Of a stretch of 64,000 nucleotides of DNA, positions 1 through 9,962 are shown piece after piece. The notes below the pieces were generated by a model. It saw nothing but the letters and a program-made list of their open reading frames with translations, had not been told where the DNA came from and searched no databases. The stretch lies in assembly GCA_028821475.1 (NCBI GenBank), contig JAPPGB010000171.1, forward strand, positions 12,727 through 76,726, written 5' to 3'. The translations under genes were made by a program, and so were the position numbers. Every line of letters starts with the position of its first letter. Positions within the stretch are counted from its first letter, which is position 1. The DNA comes from Spirochaetaceae bacterium (GTDB lineage: Bacteria; Spirochaetota; Spirochaetia; SZUA-6; Bin103).

Positions 1-1605
1 CGTCGTCGTGGCGTGCGCCCGGGTCCGCCCCGCGATGAGGTGGTCGCCGATGCTGAGCACCGTGCCGGTGCCCGGAGCCCAGAACTCTCGTTCAGGCTTC
101 GGTGCCGTACGCACGGTTGCATTCAACACGTCGGCGACCCGGTACATCGCTATGTTGCCTAGGCCGTCGAGCAGCACCAACCGCTCATCGGCCAGGCTCA
201 CCTGGCTCAACGGCGCGGGCAAGCCGGAAATGCGCATTCGGTAGCGGCCGGTGCGTGGATCCAACGTGCCCAGGCGGCCGCTCTCTCCCTCGCGATTCCA
301 CACCAGGATGGCGCCGCTCTCGCGGTGCCGCTGGCCGGTGCCGGGCGAATGGGTTGAGGTCGGCGGCGGAGCCGACGATGCTGCCGCCGGCACTACCGTC
401 AGCCCCACCGCGGTTCCGAATGGATTGCGCAACACGCCCGTCGTGGCAAGCCGCGGCAGCGCGCCGACCGACCGCGGCGCGGAGTGCGGCACGGGGGTCG
501 CCTCCGACCGCTGCAGACGGGCAACGGCGATGCGGCGCCGGGTAGCGACCAGCAGCGTTGCGCCATCTGCCGCGAGTGCCTCCGCAACTACCAGTTCGTC
601 GCGCGCGAACGGGACGACTTCAGCCGGGAGCACCTCCCGAATGGTACCGCCCTCGGCGAAGAACAGGGTGCGGTGCGCGTATGCCGCCGCCGTCGGTGCC
701 GCGCCCAGAGGGAGGCGGCGCTCGAGCTGCGGGGTGAGTGCTCGATCGAGGGCCCGCTGTTGCAGCACGAACACGCCATCCTCACGGTCGTCCGGCTGCA
801 ATACGCTGACCTGGGCGAACTGATCGGCCACCACTACCTGTGCCTGCCGCGGTATCCGGAGTCGGCTTCGCACCGCTCCGGTGACCACGTCGATGGCAAC
901 CAGGTCTTCCCCGGAGCGTGCCACGAGGAGGTTCTTGTCTGCGCTGAGCGCGATCGACTCCAGCCCGGCCAGGGTCGGCACCGCCGCCTTCAGCGCGGAC
1001 GTTGCCGCGTCCCAGTAACGCACCTCGCCGGTTGGCTGATAGGTCATGATGGTGCGCTCGTTGGTAGACATCGCGACGTACGAAACGATGCCGAACGCGG
1101 CAGACAGACGGTCCTGACGTCTACCGGTTGCGGGTTCGAGGAACACCACGCTGTCGAACTGAGCCCGGCTGTACACCAGCGAGGAGCCGAGGCTGGTGAA
1201 TCCGAGGTGCAGCGGAGCTTCCTGCAGGCGGTGGCGGTACAGCCGGCGTTCGCTCCGCCAATCCCACACCTCGAGCAGGTCGTGGCCCGCGGTGGAGCGT
1301 GCTACGGCAGCGAGCAGCGGTCGATCGGGATGCAGGGCGATGCGCATGACGCGCACCGCGCCGAGCCGCAAGTGCCGGACAATCGCGCGCCGGTCGTGAC
1401 TCCATACCCGTACCGTGCCGTCCTCTCCCGCCGAGAACAGCATTCGCCGCGGCGCATCGTAGGCGAGATCGTTGATCGTGCCGCGGTGACTGGTATTCAC
1501 CAGGGGAAGCGGGCCGGCGGCGGCGGTCGCACCGACGCAGGCGAGCAGCGCGAGCGAGCACGCGCGTAACAGAGGCAGCGCTCTCCAGCGCAAGCCATGG
1601 CTCAT
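1..1605 (-). CDS. WD40/beta-propeller repeat protein with lipoprotein-like signal peptide; C-terminal end lies beyond window start (partial)
   Basis: Hand translation of the minus strand from the ATG (fwd 'cat' ~1603-1605, 1 nt after the rseP stop) gives MSHGLRWRALPLLRACSLALLACVGATAAAG... The frame is stop-free all the way to position 1. WD-like motifs are present (SHRGTINDLAYD...LFSAGEDGTVRVWSHD). It is not in the ORF track because it has no in-window stop. Confidence 0.65.
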   Translation of the reverse strand, partial: MSHGLRWRALPLLRACSLALLACVGATAAAGPLPLVNTSHRGTINDLAYDAPRRMLFSAGEDGTVRVWSHDRRAIVRHLRLGAVRVMRIALHPDRPLLAAVARSTAGHDLLEVWDWRSERRLYRHRLQEAPLHLGFTSLGSSLVYSRAQFDSVVFLEPATGRRQDRLSAAFGIVSYVAMSTNERTIMTYQPTGEVRYWDAATSALKAAVPTLAGLESIALSADKNLLVARSGEDLVAIDVVTGAVRSRLRIPRQAQVVVADQFAQVSVLQPDDREDGVFVLQQRALDRALTPQLERRLPLGAAPTAAAYAHRTLFFAEGGTIREVLPAEVVPFARDELVVAEALAADGATLLVATRRRIAVARLQRSEATPVPHSAPRSVGALPRLATTGVLRNPFGTAVGLTVVPAAASSAPPPTSTHSPGTGQRHRESGAILVWNREGESGRLGTLDPRTGRYRMRISGLPAPLSQVSLADERLVLLDGLGNIAMYRVADVLNATVRTAPKPEREFWAPGTGTVLSIGDHLIAGRTRAHATTT

Positions 1606-1606
1606 G

Positions 1607-2953
1607 TCATCTGCCGAAGAAGAACAGGATGTCGCTGAAGGTAACCGTGATGGCCAGCACCAGCAGCAGCGACATGCCGAGTGTCTGGATTCGGTATACG
1701 AGCGCCGGCCGTAGCGGCTTGCCGCGGATCAGCTCGGTGACGTAGAGCACCAGGTGCCCGCCGTCGAGCGCCGGCAAGGGCAGCAGGTTCATGATGAACA
1801 GGACGATGCTGATCAGGCACAACAGGCGGAAGAACCGTACCAGGCCGGCTCCGAAGCTGCGCTCGAAGCCGTCGGTGGCGGCGCGGCCGACGAAGTAGGT
1901 AATGCGCAGCGGTCCGGCCACGGCCTTCCGGGCGTTGCCGTCGAACAGCCGAGCGAAGCCGCCGAAGGTGAGGGCCACGGTGTTCCAGGTGTCGTCCACG
2001 CCGCGGGCCAACGCGCCGAACGGCGACAGGCGGGGCGAACGCGACTGTGGGAGCCGAAACCCCAGCCCCAAGTCCTCGCTTCGGTCGGCGAGCGCCACCG
2101 TGACGGTCAGTGTCTGCCCGTCACGCTCGACCGTGAAGTCGACCTCCGAAGCGCCGGCCCCGAGGCGCTGCACGATGTCGATCGAGTGGCGTACGTCGAC
2201 CGCATCGAGGGCCACGACACGGTCGCCGCTGCGCAGGCCGGCGATCGATGCGGCGCCTCCGAGGCGCACTTCGAGCACCGGGTCGATCCAGGGGTAGACC
2301 CAGATCCTTCCGCCGCCGGTTTCCGGATCGACTTCCGGCGTGATGACCGTGGACAGCAGCATACCGTCCCGCTCCACCGTCATCGCCAGTTCCTGTCGCG
2401 GTGCCGACGAGATGTGGCGCCGGATGTCCTGGAAATTGGCGACCACGTGGCCGGCGATCCGGGTGATGCGGTCGCCGCTGTGCAGGCCGGCCGCCTGCGC
2501 GGGGGTCGGTTCCGAGACCGCATCCAGAGAGAAGTCGGAGGCCAGCAGAATGCGGTTTCCCGGACTGTCGATACGGAACCCCGCCCACCAGATCATGCTG
2601 AGGACCACTATCGCGAATGCGAGATTGGCCACCGGGCCGGCGGCAATGATCGCGATGCGGCGCCACGGAGACGCCGCGAAAAACGATCCCGGTTCCGACG
2701 GAAAGTCCGCGTCGTCGTTGCGCCACGCCTCGCGCAGAGCGCTGTCGCCCTTCATCTTGCAGTAGCCGCCGAGCGGGAACCAGGAGATCTGATAGGTGGT
2801 GCCACCGCGCTGGAAGCCGACCATGCGGCGGCCCCAACCGATTGAGAGCACCTCCACTTCGACGCCGCACGCCTTCGCGGCCAGGAAGTGCCCGAGCTCA
2901 TGTATGAGCACCATGATTCCGAGGCCGAGAACGCCGAAGAAGATGGTGGCCAT
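1607..2953 (-). CDS. rseP: RIP metalloprotease RseP (site-2 protease, M50 family, PDZ domains)
   Basis: HELGH zinc motif (MATIFFGVLGLGIMVLIHELGHFLAAKACGV), PDZ-like middle region and a C-terminal membrane domain. The start was trimmed to MATIFF so that it abuts the cdsA stop; the track ORF extends to 3013. Confidence 0.88.
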   Translation of the reverse strand: MATIFFGVLGLGIMVLIHELGHFLAAKACGVEVEVLSIGWGRRMVGFQRGGTTYQISWFPLGGYCKMKGDSALREAWRNDDADFPSEPGSFFAASPWRRIAIIAAGPVANLAFAIVVLSMIWWAGFRIDSPGNRILLASDFSLDAVSEPTPAQAAGLHSGDRITRIAGHVVANFQDIRRHISSAPRQELAMTVERDGMLLSTVITPEVDPETGGGRIWVYPWIDPVLEVRLGGAASIAGLRSGDRVVALDAVDVRHSIDIVQRLGAGASEVDFTVERDGQTLTVTVALADRSEDLGLGFRLPQSRSPRLSPFGALARGVDDTWNTVALTFGGFARLFDGNARKAVAGPLRITYFVGRAATDGFERSFGAGLVRFFRLLCLISIVLFIMNLLPLPALDGGHLVLYVTELIRGKPLRPALVYRIQTLGMSLLLVLAITVTFSDILFFFGR

Positions 2954-2958
2954 GGAAG

Positions 2959-3843
2959 TCAAGTTGCTGTCCAGTGCACGCGCTGCATCCAGAAGTAGAA
3001 CAACGGCGCGCACAGCATCAAGGAATCTATCGAGTCCAGCAATCCGCCCCGTCCCGGAATGAGTTCGCCGGAGTCCTTGACCTGCGCGGCGCGCTTCAAG
3101 GCCGACTCCACCAGGTCGCCGACCGCGGCACAGATGCCCATGGCCGCCCCTCCCAGTGCTGCCTCAAAGGTACCGAACTGCGGGGCGCCGGGGAATACGC
3201 GCTGCGCGACGATCAACGCCGCCACCGACGCGGTGATGCCGGTGATGTAACCGATGGCGGTCTTGGTGGGACTCGCCGGCAGGCCGAGCGCCGTGCGTCC
3301 GCGGGCCAGCTTGCCTGCCACGTAGGCGATGGTGTCGTTGCTGAACACCGCCACGAAGAAGGTAAGGAGCAGCCACTGAGGCGTGCCGAAACCGGCGAGG
3401 CGCACGATGTAGCCGATGAACAGTCCGGGATAGAGGCTGGCGAACAGTGTCGCGCCGGCCTGACCGAGCCGATCGTCGTGCCGGCCGCGCACCGAGGTTC
3501 CGGGCAGCAGGGTGACCACGAGGACGAGCGCGACCACCGCCGCGGCCGCGCCGCCGAATGCGTGCCCGGATACCAGGCCCCAGTTCTCCAGGTAAGCCAC
3601 GGCCGGAAACAGCACCGAACAACCTGCCGCCAGATGCCAGCGGCCGGCAACGTCGCGCCGGGTAAACAGCGCCGCGACCTCGCGCGATCCGAGCACCGCC
3701 GCGACGGCGGCGCACAGGCTGAACAGGAGGTGGCGATAGGCAGGGACGGCAAAGATCAGGACGAAGAACGCGGGCACCGCCGCCACGAACAGCAAAAGGC
3801 GGGTCGAGAATCGATCGGCCGACAACACGGTCTGCGGCTTCAC
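2959..3843 (-). CDS. cdsA: phosphatidate cytidylyltransferase CdsA
   Basis: Multi-TM protein with a C-terminal CTP-transferase signature (SPTKTAIGYITGI, DLVESALKR), in the canonical position upstream of rseP. Confidence 0.82.
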   Translation of the reverse strand: MKPQTVLSADRFSTRLLLFVAAVPAFFVLIFAVPAYRHLLFSLCAAVAAVLGSREVAALFTRRDVAGRWHLAAGCSVLFPAVAYLENWGLVSGHAFGGAAAAVVALVLVVTLLPGTSVRGRHDDRLGQAGATLFASLYPGLFIGYIVRLAGFGTPQWLLLTFFVAVFSNDTIAYVAGKLARGRTALGLPASPTKTAIGYITGITASVAALIVAQRVFPGAPQFGTFEAALGGAAMGICAAVGDLVESALKRAAQVKDSGELIPGRGGLLDSIDSLMLCAPLFYFWMQRVHWTAT

Positions 3844-3885
3844 GATCGACGCAGGATCTCTGTACTCGGTGCCACCGCTAAACCG

Positions 3886-4437
3886 TCAGATCTCCATGAT
3901 CTCCTTTTCTTTCGCGGCGAGGAGGTCGTTGATCTCGGCGATACGCTCGTTGGTGGCGGTCTGGACCTGTTCCGACTCGCGCTTTGCTTCGTCTTCGCTG
4001 AGACCTTCCTTCTGGTCCTGCCTGATACCTTCATTGAGGTCGCGACGGATGTTGCGCACCGCAACCCGCGCCTGCTCGGCGGCGTTGCGCGCCTGCTTTA
4101 CAATCTCCTTGCGCCGCTCCTCGGTAAGGGGCGGAATCGCGATGCGGATTACCTTGCCGTCGTTGCTCGGATTGAGCGACAGGTCCGACTTCTGGATTGC
4201 CCGCTCGATTTCGCTCAGGGTGGATCGGTCCCACGGCTGGATAACGACCAGGCGCGCCTCGGGAATGGAGATTGTGGCGGTCTGGTTCAGCGGCATCTGC
4301 TGGCCATACGCCGCAACGCGTATCTTGTCGAACATGGCGGCGCTGGCGCGCCCGGTACGGATGGTCTTGAACTCGCTCGACAGCGCGTCAAGCGTTTTCT
4401 GCATGCGCTGTCGTGCCTCGCCGGCGAGATCGGCCAC
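3886..4437 (-). CDS. frr: ribosome recycling factor
   Basis: 183 aa with a full-length Frr signature (MFDKIRVAAYGQQMPLNQ...VIRIAIPPLTEERRKE...). Confidence 0.95.
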   Translation of the reverse strand: MADLAGEARQRMQKTLDALSSEFKTIRTGRASAAMFDKIRVAAYGQQMPLNQTATISIPEARLVVIQPWDRSTLSEIERAIQKSDLSLNPSNDGKVIRIAIPPLTEERRKEIVKQARNAAEQARVAVRNIRRDLNEGIRQDQKEGLSEDEAKRESEQVQTATNERIAEINDLLAAKEKEIMEI

Positions 4438-4463
4438 GGTTTCCTCTCCTCAGGTGGTGCGCC

Positions 4464-5315
4464 TCAGCCTGCCGCCGGGGCTTCCTCACCTACCTTGTAA
4501 TAGACGTAGTCCGCGATCTGCACCTCGGTGCCAAGCTCTTTTCCGAGCCCGGCCACGAGCTGCTTTACGCTCAGCTTCTGATCCTTTACGAATGCCTGCT
4601 CAAGCAGGCAGATCTCCTGCAGATGCTTGCGGAGCTTGCCTTTGACAATGCCTTCGACCACCTTGGCGGGCTTGTCGAGCAACTCCGCCTGCTTGCGGAA
4701 GATCGCCTCCTGCTCGGCCAGGTAATCGCCGGTCACGTTGTCCGGCGCGAGGAACGGCGGCGCATAGGCGGCTACGTGCAACGCCAGGTCGAAGGCGGTC
4801 TCGTTGATGCGCTCGTGGCCGGCGAAGGCGGCGTCTGACGCATGCAGCTTGACCAGCACGCCAATGGTGCCTTCGCCATGCAGGTAGTGGGCCACGGTGT
4901 CGCCGTCGCCGACGGCGACGCAGCGGAACCGGCGCAAGGCGATGTTCTCCTTGATGCGGCCGATGGCAGCGGTAATCAGTTGTTGCATCCTGTCGGTGGG
5001 AGCCTGCGGACTCTCGGCGGCCACTTCGGAGACGAGCTCCTCGCCAAGCGTCATGAACTGATCATTGCGGGCCACGAAGTCGGTTTCGCTCGACAGCTCC
5101 AGAATCGCCGCCGTGCCGTTGACGGTCGCGAACACGCGGCCCTCGTTGGTTGCGCGCCCGCTGCGCTTGGCGGCCGCCGAAAGGCCCATCTCCTTGAGCC
5201 GGCGTTCCGCGGCGGCCAGGTCGCCGCCACTCTCCACCAACGCGCGCTTGCAGTCCATCATGCCGGCTCCGGTCTGCTCCCGGAGCCGTTTTACATCTTG
5301 TGCGGAAATTGCCAA
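4464..5315 (-). CDS. tsf: elongation factor Ts
   Basis: N-terminal UBA-like EF-Ts motif (AISAQDVKRLREQTGAGMMDCKRALVESGGDLAAA), 283 aa. Confidence 0.95.
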   Translation of the reverse strand: MAISAQDVKRLREQTGAGMMDCKRALVESGGDLAAAERRLKEMGLSAAAKRSGRATNEGRVFATVNGTAAILELSSETDFVARNDQFMTLGEELVSEVAAESPQAPTDRMQQLITAAIGRIKENIALRRFRCVAVGDGDTVAHYLHGEGTIGVLVKLHASDAAFAGHERINETAFDLALHVAAYAPPFLAPDNVTGDYLAEQEAIFRKQAELLDKPAKVVEGIVKGKLRKHLQEICLLEQAFVKDQKLSVKQLVAGLGKELGTEVQIADYVYYKVGEEAPAAG

Positions 5316-5366
5316 TGCTAACTCCTGATTGTAGGGGCGCGCTCCGGCCGTGCCGGAACGCCGCCG

Positions 5367-6353
5367 TCAGCGGTCGTACAGCGTGTCTTCGTCGATCCCG
5401 GCTTTGTCGGTGACCGTTTCCTGTTCCGGCTGCGCTTGCTCGGGCTCATCTTGCGGCGTGTAGTTGGAATAGTCCTGGTCGGTGAATCCCTGCTGTCCCT
5501 GATCCTCGGCCAAGGCGGCGGCGCCGGCCATTTCACCGAGCGACACCGTCTCGAGCTCCGGCGCCGGTTCGGCGTCGTACTCCTCGCCGAATCGATCCTT
5601 GTCGATGATCTGGTCGTAGTCGTACTCGTCGGGGCCCTCGTCCTGCAACGTCTCGATAACCTCCAGGCCCACTTCGTTCTCCGCCTCGACGACGGCGTTG
5701 GCAACGATCTGGGTGAACAGGTTGATGGCCCGAATGGCGTCGTCGTTGCCCGGGATCGGCAGGTCGATGACGTCCGGGTTGCAGTTCGTATCGACAATGG
5801 CAACCACCGGAATCTTCATCTTGTTGGCCTCGGCGATCGCGATTGCCTCCTTGCGGGTGTCGACCACGAACATGACCCCGGGAAGGTCCTTCATTTCCTT
5901 GATGCCGCCCAGGTTGCGCTCAAGCCGCGCCTGCTCCTTCTGCATGCGCGAAATCTCTTTCTTGGTCATGTTCGAGAAGGTGCCGTCGACCTCCATCTTC
6001 TCGATCTTCTTGAGCTTGAGCAGTGAGCGCTTCATGGTCGAGAAGTTGGTGAGCATGCCGCCGAGCCAGCGATTGTTGACGTAGAACATGTTGCAGCGCC
6101 GGGCTTCCCGTTCGATCGACTGCTGCGCCTGTTTCTTGGTGCCGACGAACAGCACGTGCTTGCCGGCCAGAACACTCTGGCGGACGGTCTCGTACGCTTC
6201 CTTGATTGCGACGATGGTCTTCTGCAGGTCGATGATGTGGATGCCATTGCGCTCGGCGAATATGTACCGCTGCATACGCGGATCCCAGCGCTTGGTCTGG
6301 TGTCCGAAGTGCACTCCGGACTCCAGCAGGTTTTTCATGGTAACGACGGCCAA
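5367..6353 (-). CDS. rpsB: 30S ribosomal protein S2 with ~85-aa acidic C-terminal extension
   Basis: [27 protein letters not shown]... is the canonical S2 N-terminus. At 328 aa it is longer than the ~240-aa typical S2, ending in a D/E/Q-rich tail. Confidence 0.95.
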   Translation of the reverse strand: MAVVTMKNLLESGVHFGHQTKRWDPRMQRYIFAERNGIHIIDLQKTIVAIKEAYETVRQSVLAGKHVLFVGTKKQAQQSIEREARRCNMFYVNNRWLGGMLTNFSTMKRSLLKLKKIEKMEVDGTFSNMTKKEISRMQKEQARLERNLGGIKEMKDLPGVMFVVDTRKEAIAIAEANKMKIPVVAIVDTNCNPDVIDLPIPGNDDAIRAINLFTQIVANAVVEAENEVGLEVIETLQDEGPDEYDYDQIIDKDRFGEEYDAEPAPELETVSLGEMAGAAALAEDQGQQGFTDQDYSNYTPQDEPEQAQPEQETVTDKAGIDEDTLYDR

Positions 6354-6380
6354 CTAGCTCCCCCTGTCATTGCAACCTGC

Positions 6381-6980
6381 TTATTGCGGGCTGCGAAACG
6401 GATAACCGCTTTGCGCCAACATACGATATATCGTTTCCAGCGGCAAGCCTACGACGTTGCTGTAGGAGCCGTCCAGGTGAGTGGCCAGGAGCGCGGCACG
6501 GCCCTGGATGCGGTACCCGCCGGCCGCGCCGCGCCACTCGCCGCTGTCCAGGTACCAGTCCATTTGCGCGGCGCTGAGCGGGGCGAAGGTGACGGCGGTA
6601 CGGGCCAGCGCCACCTCCAGCACGCGCTCCGGGGTAGCCAATGCAACGCCGGTCAGCACATGGTGGACGGTGCCGGCAAGCCGCCTCAGCATGGCGCGGG
6701 CACAGTCGCGGTCGGCGGGCTTGCCGACCAGGTCGGCGCCGATCAGGACGGCGGTGTCGGCCGCGATCAGCCAGCCCGGTTCCGGCACGCGGGCAAGCAC
6801 GGCGCGCGCCTTGCGGCGGGCGAGTTCGACCACCGCCCGCTCCGGGGGAACCTGCGCCGCCACCGTCTCGTCGGCGCCCGACGGCACCACGCGCACCACA
6901 AAGCCCGCCGCCCGCAGCAGGGCAAGGCGCTGCGGCGAGGCGGACGCCAGGGTAATGGCCGGCGGCGCGCAGGCGGTCAC
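6381..6980 (-). CDS. maf: Maf-like nucleoside triphosphate pyrophosphatase
   Basis: LASASPQRLALLRAAG...IGADLVGKP...GYRIQG...SNVVGLPLE motifs typical of Maf/YhdE. Confidence 0.85.
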   Translation of the reverse strand: MTACAPPAITLASASPQRLALLRAAGFVVRVVPSGADETVAAQVPPERAVVELARRKARAVLARVPEPGWLIAADTAVLIGADLVGKPADRDCARAMLRRLAGTVHHVLTGVALATPERVLEVALARTAVTFAPLSAAQMDWYLDSGEWRGAAGGYRIQGRAALLATHLDGSYSNVVGLPLETIYRMLAQSGYPFRSPQ

Positions 6981-6981
6981 G

Positions 6982-7945
6982 TCAGCGGTGCACCGCGTAG
7001 CGCTGCGCGGGCGCGGCGGCGCCCAGGGCAGCCGCTTCGCCGTCGCCGAGAGGAGTGCTCGCCGCGGCTGCCACGTTGTCCTGCAACTGCGCGAGGCTGC
7101 TCGCTCCGGGGATCACGGTGGCCACGGCCGGCGCCGCCAATGCAAACCGCAATGCGCTCTGCGCCGGCGTTCGCCCGGCCGCCGCGCTGACCTCCCCGAG
7201 CACCTGCTGGATTAGCGCTACCCGTTCCCGGTCATGGCCCAGTTCGGCACGCGCCGGCTTGCCGTACTCACCGCGTGGCGGCGAGCCGGACTCACCACGT
7301 GAGCCGTACCCACCGCGGAGCGGCGCGTCGGCAAGCAGCCCCTTGGCTACCGGTCCGCGTGCGATCACCGAGATGCCGCGGTCGCGCAGCAGCGGCAGCG
7401 CCTGCTCCTCGGGGCGGCGGTCCAACACGCTGTACTGCATCATCACGCTGGCGATCGACGAGCGCGCCGCGTATTCGCGGATCACGTTGGGACGGATCGA
7501 GGAGATGCCCCAGGCGCGGATCGTGCCGGCCTCGCGCAGCGCTTCGAAGGTGGCGATGACGTCGTCGATAGGGTCTTCAATGGTGCCGCCGTGCAACTGG
7601 TACAAGTCGATGTAGTCGGTGCTCAGGCGGCGCAGACTCGCCTCGACCGCGCGACGGATGTGGGCCGGTGACGGGTCCCAGTCCCAGCCGTCGCCGCCGG
7701 CGCGCCAGCGGTTGCCCACCTTGGTGGCGACGATCACCTCGCCGCGACGCCGCCCGAGCGCGCGCGAGCCGTTCCTCATTGGCGCCCCGCTCGTACAGGT
7801 CGGCGGTATCGAAGAAATTGACGCCCAGGTCAAGCGCACGATGGACGATCGCGTCGGCGGCATCGCCCGCCTTCGCCAGCGACATGCAGCCAAGGCCGAT
7901 CTCGCTGACCGTGAGGCCGCTCGACCCCAACCGGTTCAGTTTCAT
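6982..7945 (-). pseudogene. aldo/keto reductase, split into two frames by an indel in a (GC)n run near 7756-7770
   Basis: The N-terminus (7577..7945 frame) reads MKLNRLGSSGLTVSEIGLGCMSL...FFDTADLYERGANEERL. The remainder (6982..7893 frame) reads ALGRRRGEVIVATKVG...IDLYQLHG... and continues to the stop. The junction is at gagcgcgcgcgagcc. Confidence 0.7.
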
Positions 7946-8028
7946 GCCCGCAGTCTATCATCGAGGGGAGCCGGTCGTTTCCGGTCCGTTCTCCTCCGGA
8001 TTGACAGCTTCCCGGCAGATGCGCACGA

Positions 8029-8979
8029 TTGCCGCCGATGGAGCGCACCGCGGTAGAGCCCCTCAACGTGCGGAGTACGCCGATCGGCGTGCGCATCCTC
8101 CGTTCCTACCAGTTGTACCTGCTCCTGCTGCCCACCGTCGCGCTGGTGTTCGTCTTCCAGTACGTGCCGATGTACGGCGTCACCATCGCATTCAAGAACT
8201 TCAAGCCGCACCTCGGCATCATCGGCAGCGACTGGGTCGGGCTGCATCACTTCATCCGCTTCTTCGAGTCGCCCAGCTTCTGGCGCCTGATCCGCAACAC
8301 CATTTTCTTGAGCGGCTACGAGTTGCTGCTCGGCTTTCCAATTCCGATCGTCCTGGCGCTGATGATGAACATGGTAACCGGCGCCCGCTTCAAGCGCACG
8401 GTGCAGATGGTCACCTACGCGCCGCACTTCATCTCCACGGTGGTGATCGTGGGCATGCTGGGTGTGTTCCTGTCCAAGAACTTCGGCCTGACCAACCACC
8501 TGATCGACGTGCTCGGGGGAGAGCGGGTGTTCTTCCTCGGCAAGGAGCAATGGTTCCGGTCGCTGTACGTGTTCTCGGGGGTGTGGCAGAACGCCGGCTG
8601 GGGCACCATCATCTACCTGGCCGCGCTCAGCGCCATCGACCCCGAGTTGCACGAGGCGGCGATCGTGGACGGCGCCACCCTGTGGCAGCGCGTGTGGAAC
8701 ATCGACATTCCCGGCATCCTGCCCACCATCGTCATTCTGCTCATTCTCAACGTCGGACAGATCATGGGGGTCGGCTTCGAGAAGGCGTTCCTGATGCAGA
8801 ACGCGCTCAACCTGCAGGTGTCGGAGATCATTTCCACCTTCGTCTACAAGGTGGGGCTGCTCGATGCCCGGTTCAGCTTCTCGGCGGCGGTGGGCCTGTT
8901 CAACGCGGTGATCAACTTCGTGCTGCTGGTATCGGTGAACCGGTTCGCAAAGGTGCTCGGGCAGTCGGGGCTGTGGTAG
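8029..8979 (+). CDS. ABC transporter permease, LplB-like (polysaccharide/oligosaccharide CUT1-type)
   Basis: 6-TM permease with the LplB-type N-terminus (YQLYLLLLPTVALVFVFQYVPMYGVTIAFKNF) and an EAA-loop region. Confidence 0.8.
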   Translation: MPPMERTAVEPLNVRSTPIGVRILRSYQLYLLLLPTVALVFVFQYVPMYGVTIAFKNFKPHLGIIGSDWVGLHHFIRFFESPSFWRLIRNTIFLSGYELLLGFPIPIVLALMMNMVTGARFKRTVQMVTYAPHFISTVVIVGMLGVFLSKNFGLTNHLIDVLGGERVFFLGKEQWFRSLYVFSGVWQNAGWGTIIYLAALSAIDPELHEAAIVDGATLWQRVWNIDIPGILPTIVILLILNVGQIMGVGFEKAFLMQNALNLQVSEIISTFVYKVGLLDARFSFSAAVGLFNAVINFVLLVSVNRFAKVLGQSGLW

Positions 8980-8998
8980 CTCGGGTGGTGGCAGCGCA

Positions 8999-9910
8999 GT
9001 GGCCGTGACCGCGCTGTCGCGGCAGGACCGCATACTGAACGGCGTCCTGTACGGGCTGCTGTCGCTGATCCTGGCGGCGGTGGCCTACCCGCTGTTCTTC
9101 GTGCTGATCGCGTCGATCAGCGACCCGGTGCTGGTGAATACCGGCAAGGTGTGGATCGTCCCGCGCGGCCTGACCCTGGACGGCTACGCGCGCATCGTGC
9201 AGCACGAGGACCTGCTGCGCGGCTACCGCAACAGCCTGGCGTACGCCACGCTCGGTACGGCGCTCAACCTGGGTTTGACCCTGACCGCCGCCTATGCGCT
9301 GTCGCGCCGCGACCTGCCGGGCCGCAACGGGATCATGCTGTACCTCACCTTCACCATGTTCTTCTCCGGCGGCCTGATCCCGACCTTCCTGCTGATCCGC
9401 GACCTCGGGCTGTACAACTCGTTCTGGATCATGATCCTGCCCGCGGGCGGCAGCGCCCTGCACCTGGCGGTGAGCGTGTTCAACATCATCATCGCCCGTA
9501 CCTTCTTCATGAACACCATTCCGCAGGAGCTGCTCGACGCCGCGGTGATGGACGGCTGCAGCGACCTGCGCTTCTTCCGCTCGGTGGTGCTGCCGCTGTC
9601 GGGGGCGATCGTCGCGGTGTTGATGGTGTTCTACGCGGTCGGCCACTGGAACGGCTTCTTCCACGGGCTGATCTACCTGCGCGAACGGGAGCGGTTCCCG
9701 CTGCAGCTCATCCTGCGCGACATCCTGATTCAGAACACGTTCACGGAGGAGCTGGAGATCGACGACGAGAACGCGCTCGCGGCCATGATGCTGGCCGAGT
9801 CGATCAAGTACGGCATGATCATTGTGGCCAGCGTGCCGGTGCTGATCCTGTACCCGTTCGTGCAGAAGCACTACGTGCGCGGCGTGATGATCGGCGCGAT
9901 CAAGGGCTGA
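8999..9910 (+). CDS. ABC transporter permease, LplC/YtcP-like
   Basis: Sugar-permease fold (TFFMNTIPQELLDAAVMDGCSDLRFFRSVVLPL), directly downstream of the LplB-like gene. Confidence 0.8.
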   Translation: MAVTALSRQDRILNGVLYGLLSLILAAVAYPLFFVLIASISDPVLVNTGKVWIVPRGLTLDGYARIVQHEDLLRGYRNSLAYATLGTALNLGLTLTAAYALSRRDLPGRNGIMLYLTFTMFFSGGLIPTFLLIRDLGLYNSFWIMILPAGGSALHLAVSVFNIIIARTFFMNTIPQELLDAAVMDGCSDLRFFRSVVLPLSGAIVAVLMVFYAVGHWNGFFHGLIYLRERERFPLQLILRDILIQNTFTEELEIDDENALAAMMLAESIKYGMIIVASVPVLILYPFVQKHYVRGVMIGAIKG

Positions 9911-9962
9911 CCGGCGGTTGAATCATTCGTCCGGATTGGCGTAGAGTGGCGTCTCAAGGAGG

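Noticed and set aside
484-1569. 361-aa plus-strand ORF (and 102..545, 251..823) at window start
   Set aside because: Antisense to the stop-free WD40 frame. Its Arg/Ala/Gly-rich composition is typical of spurious ORFs in high-G+C DNA, with no domain signal.
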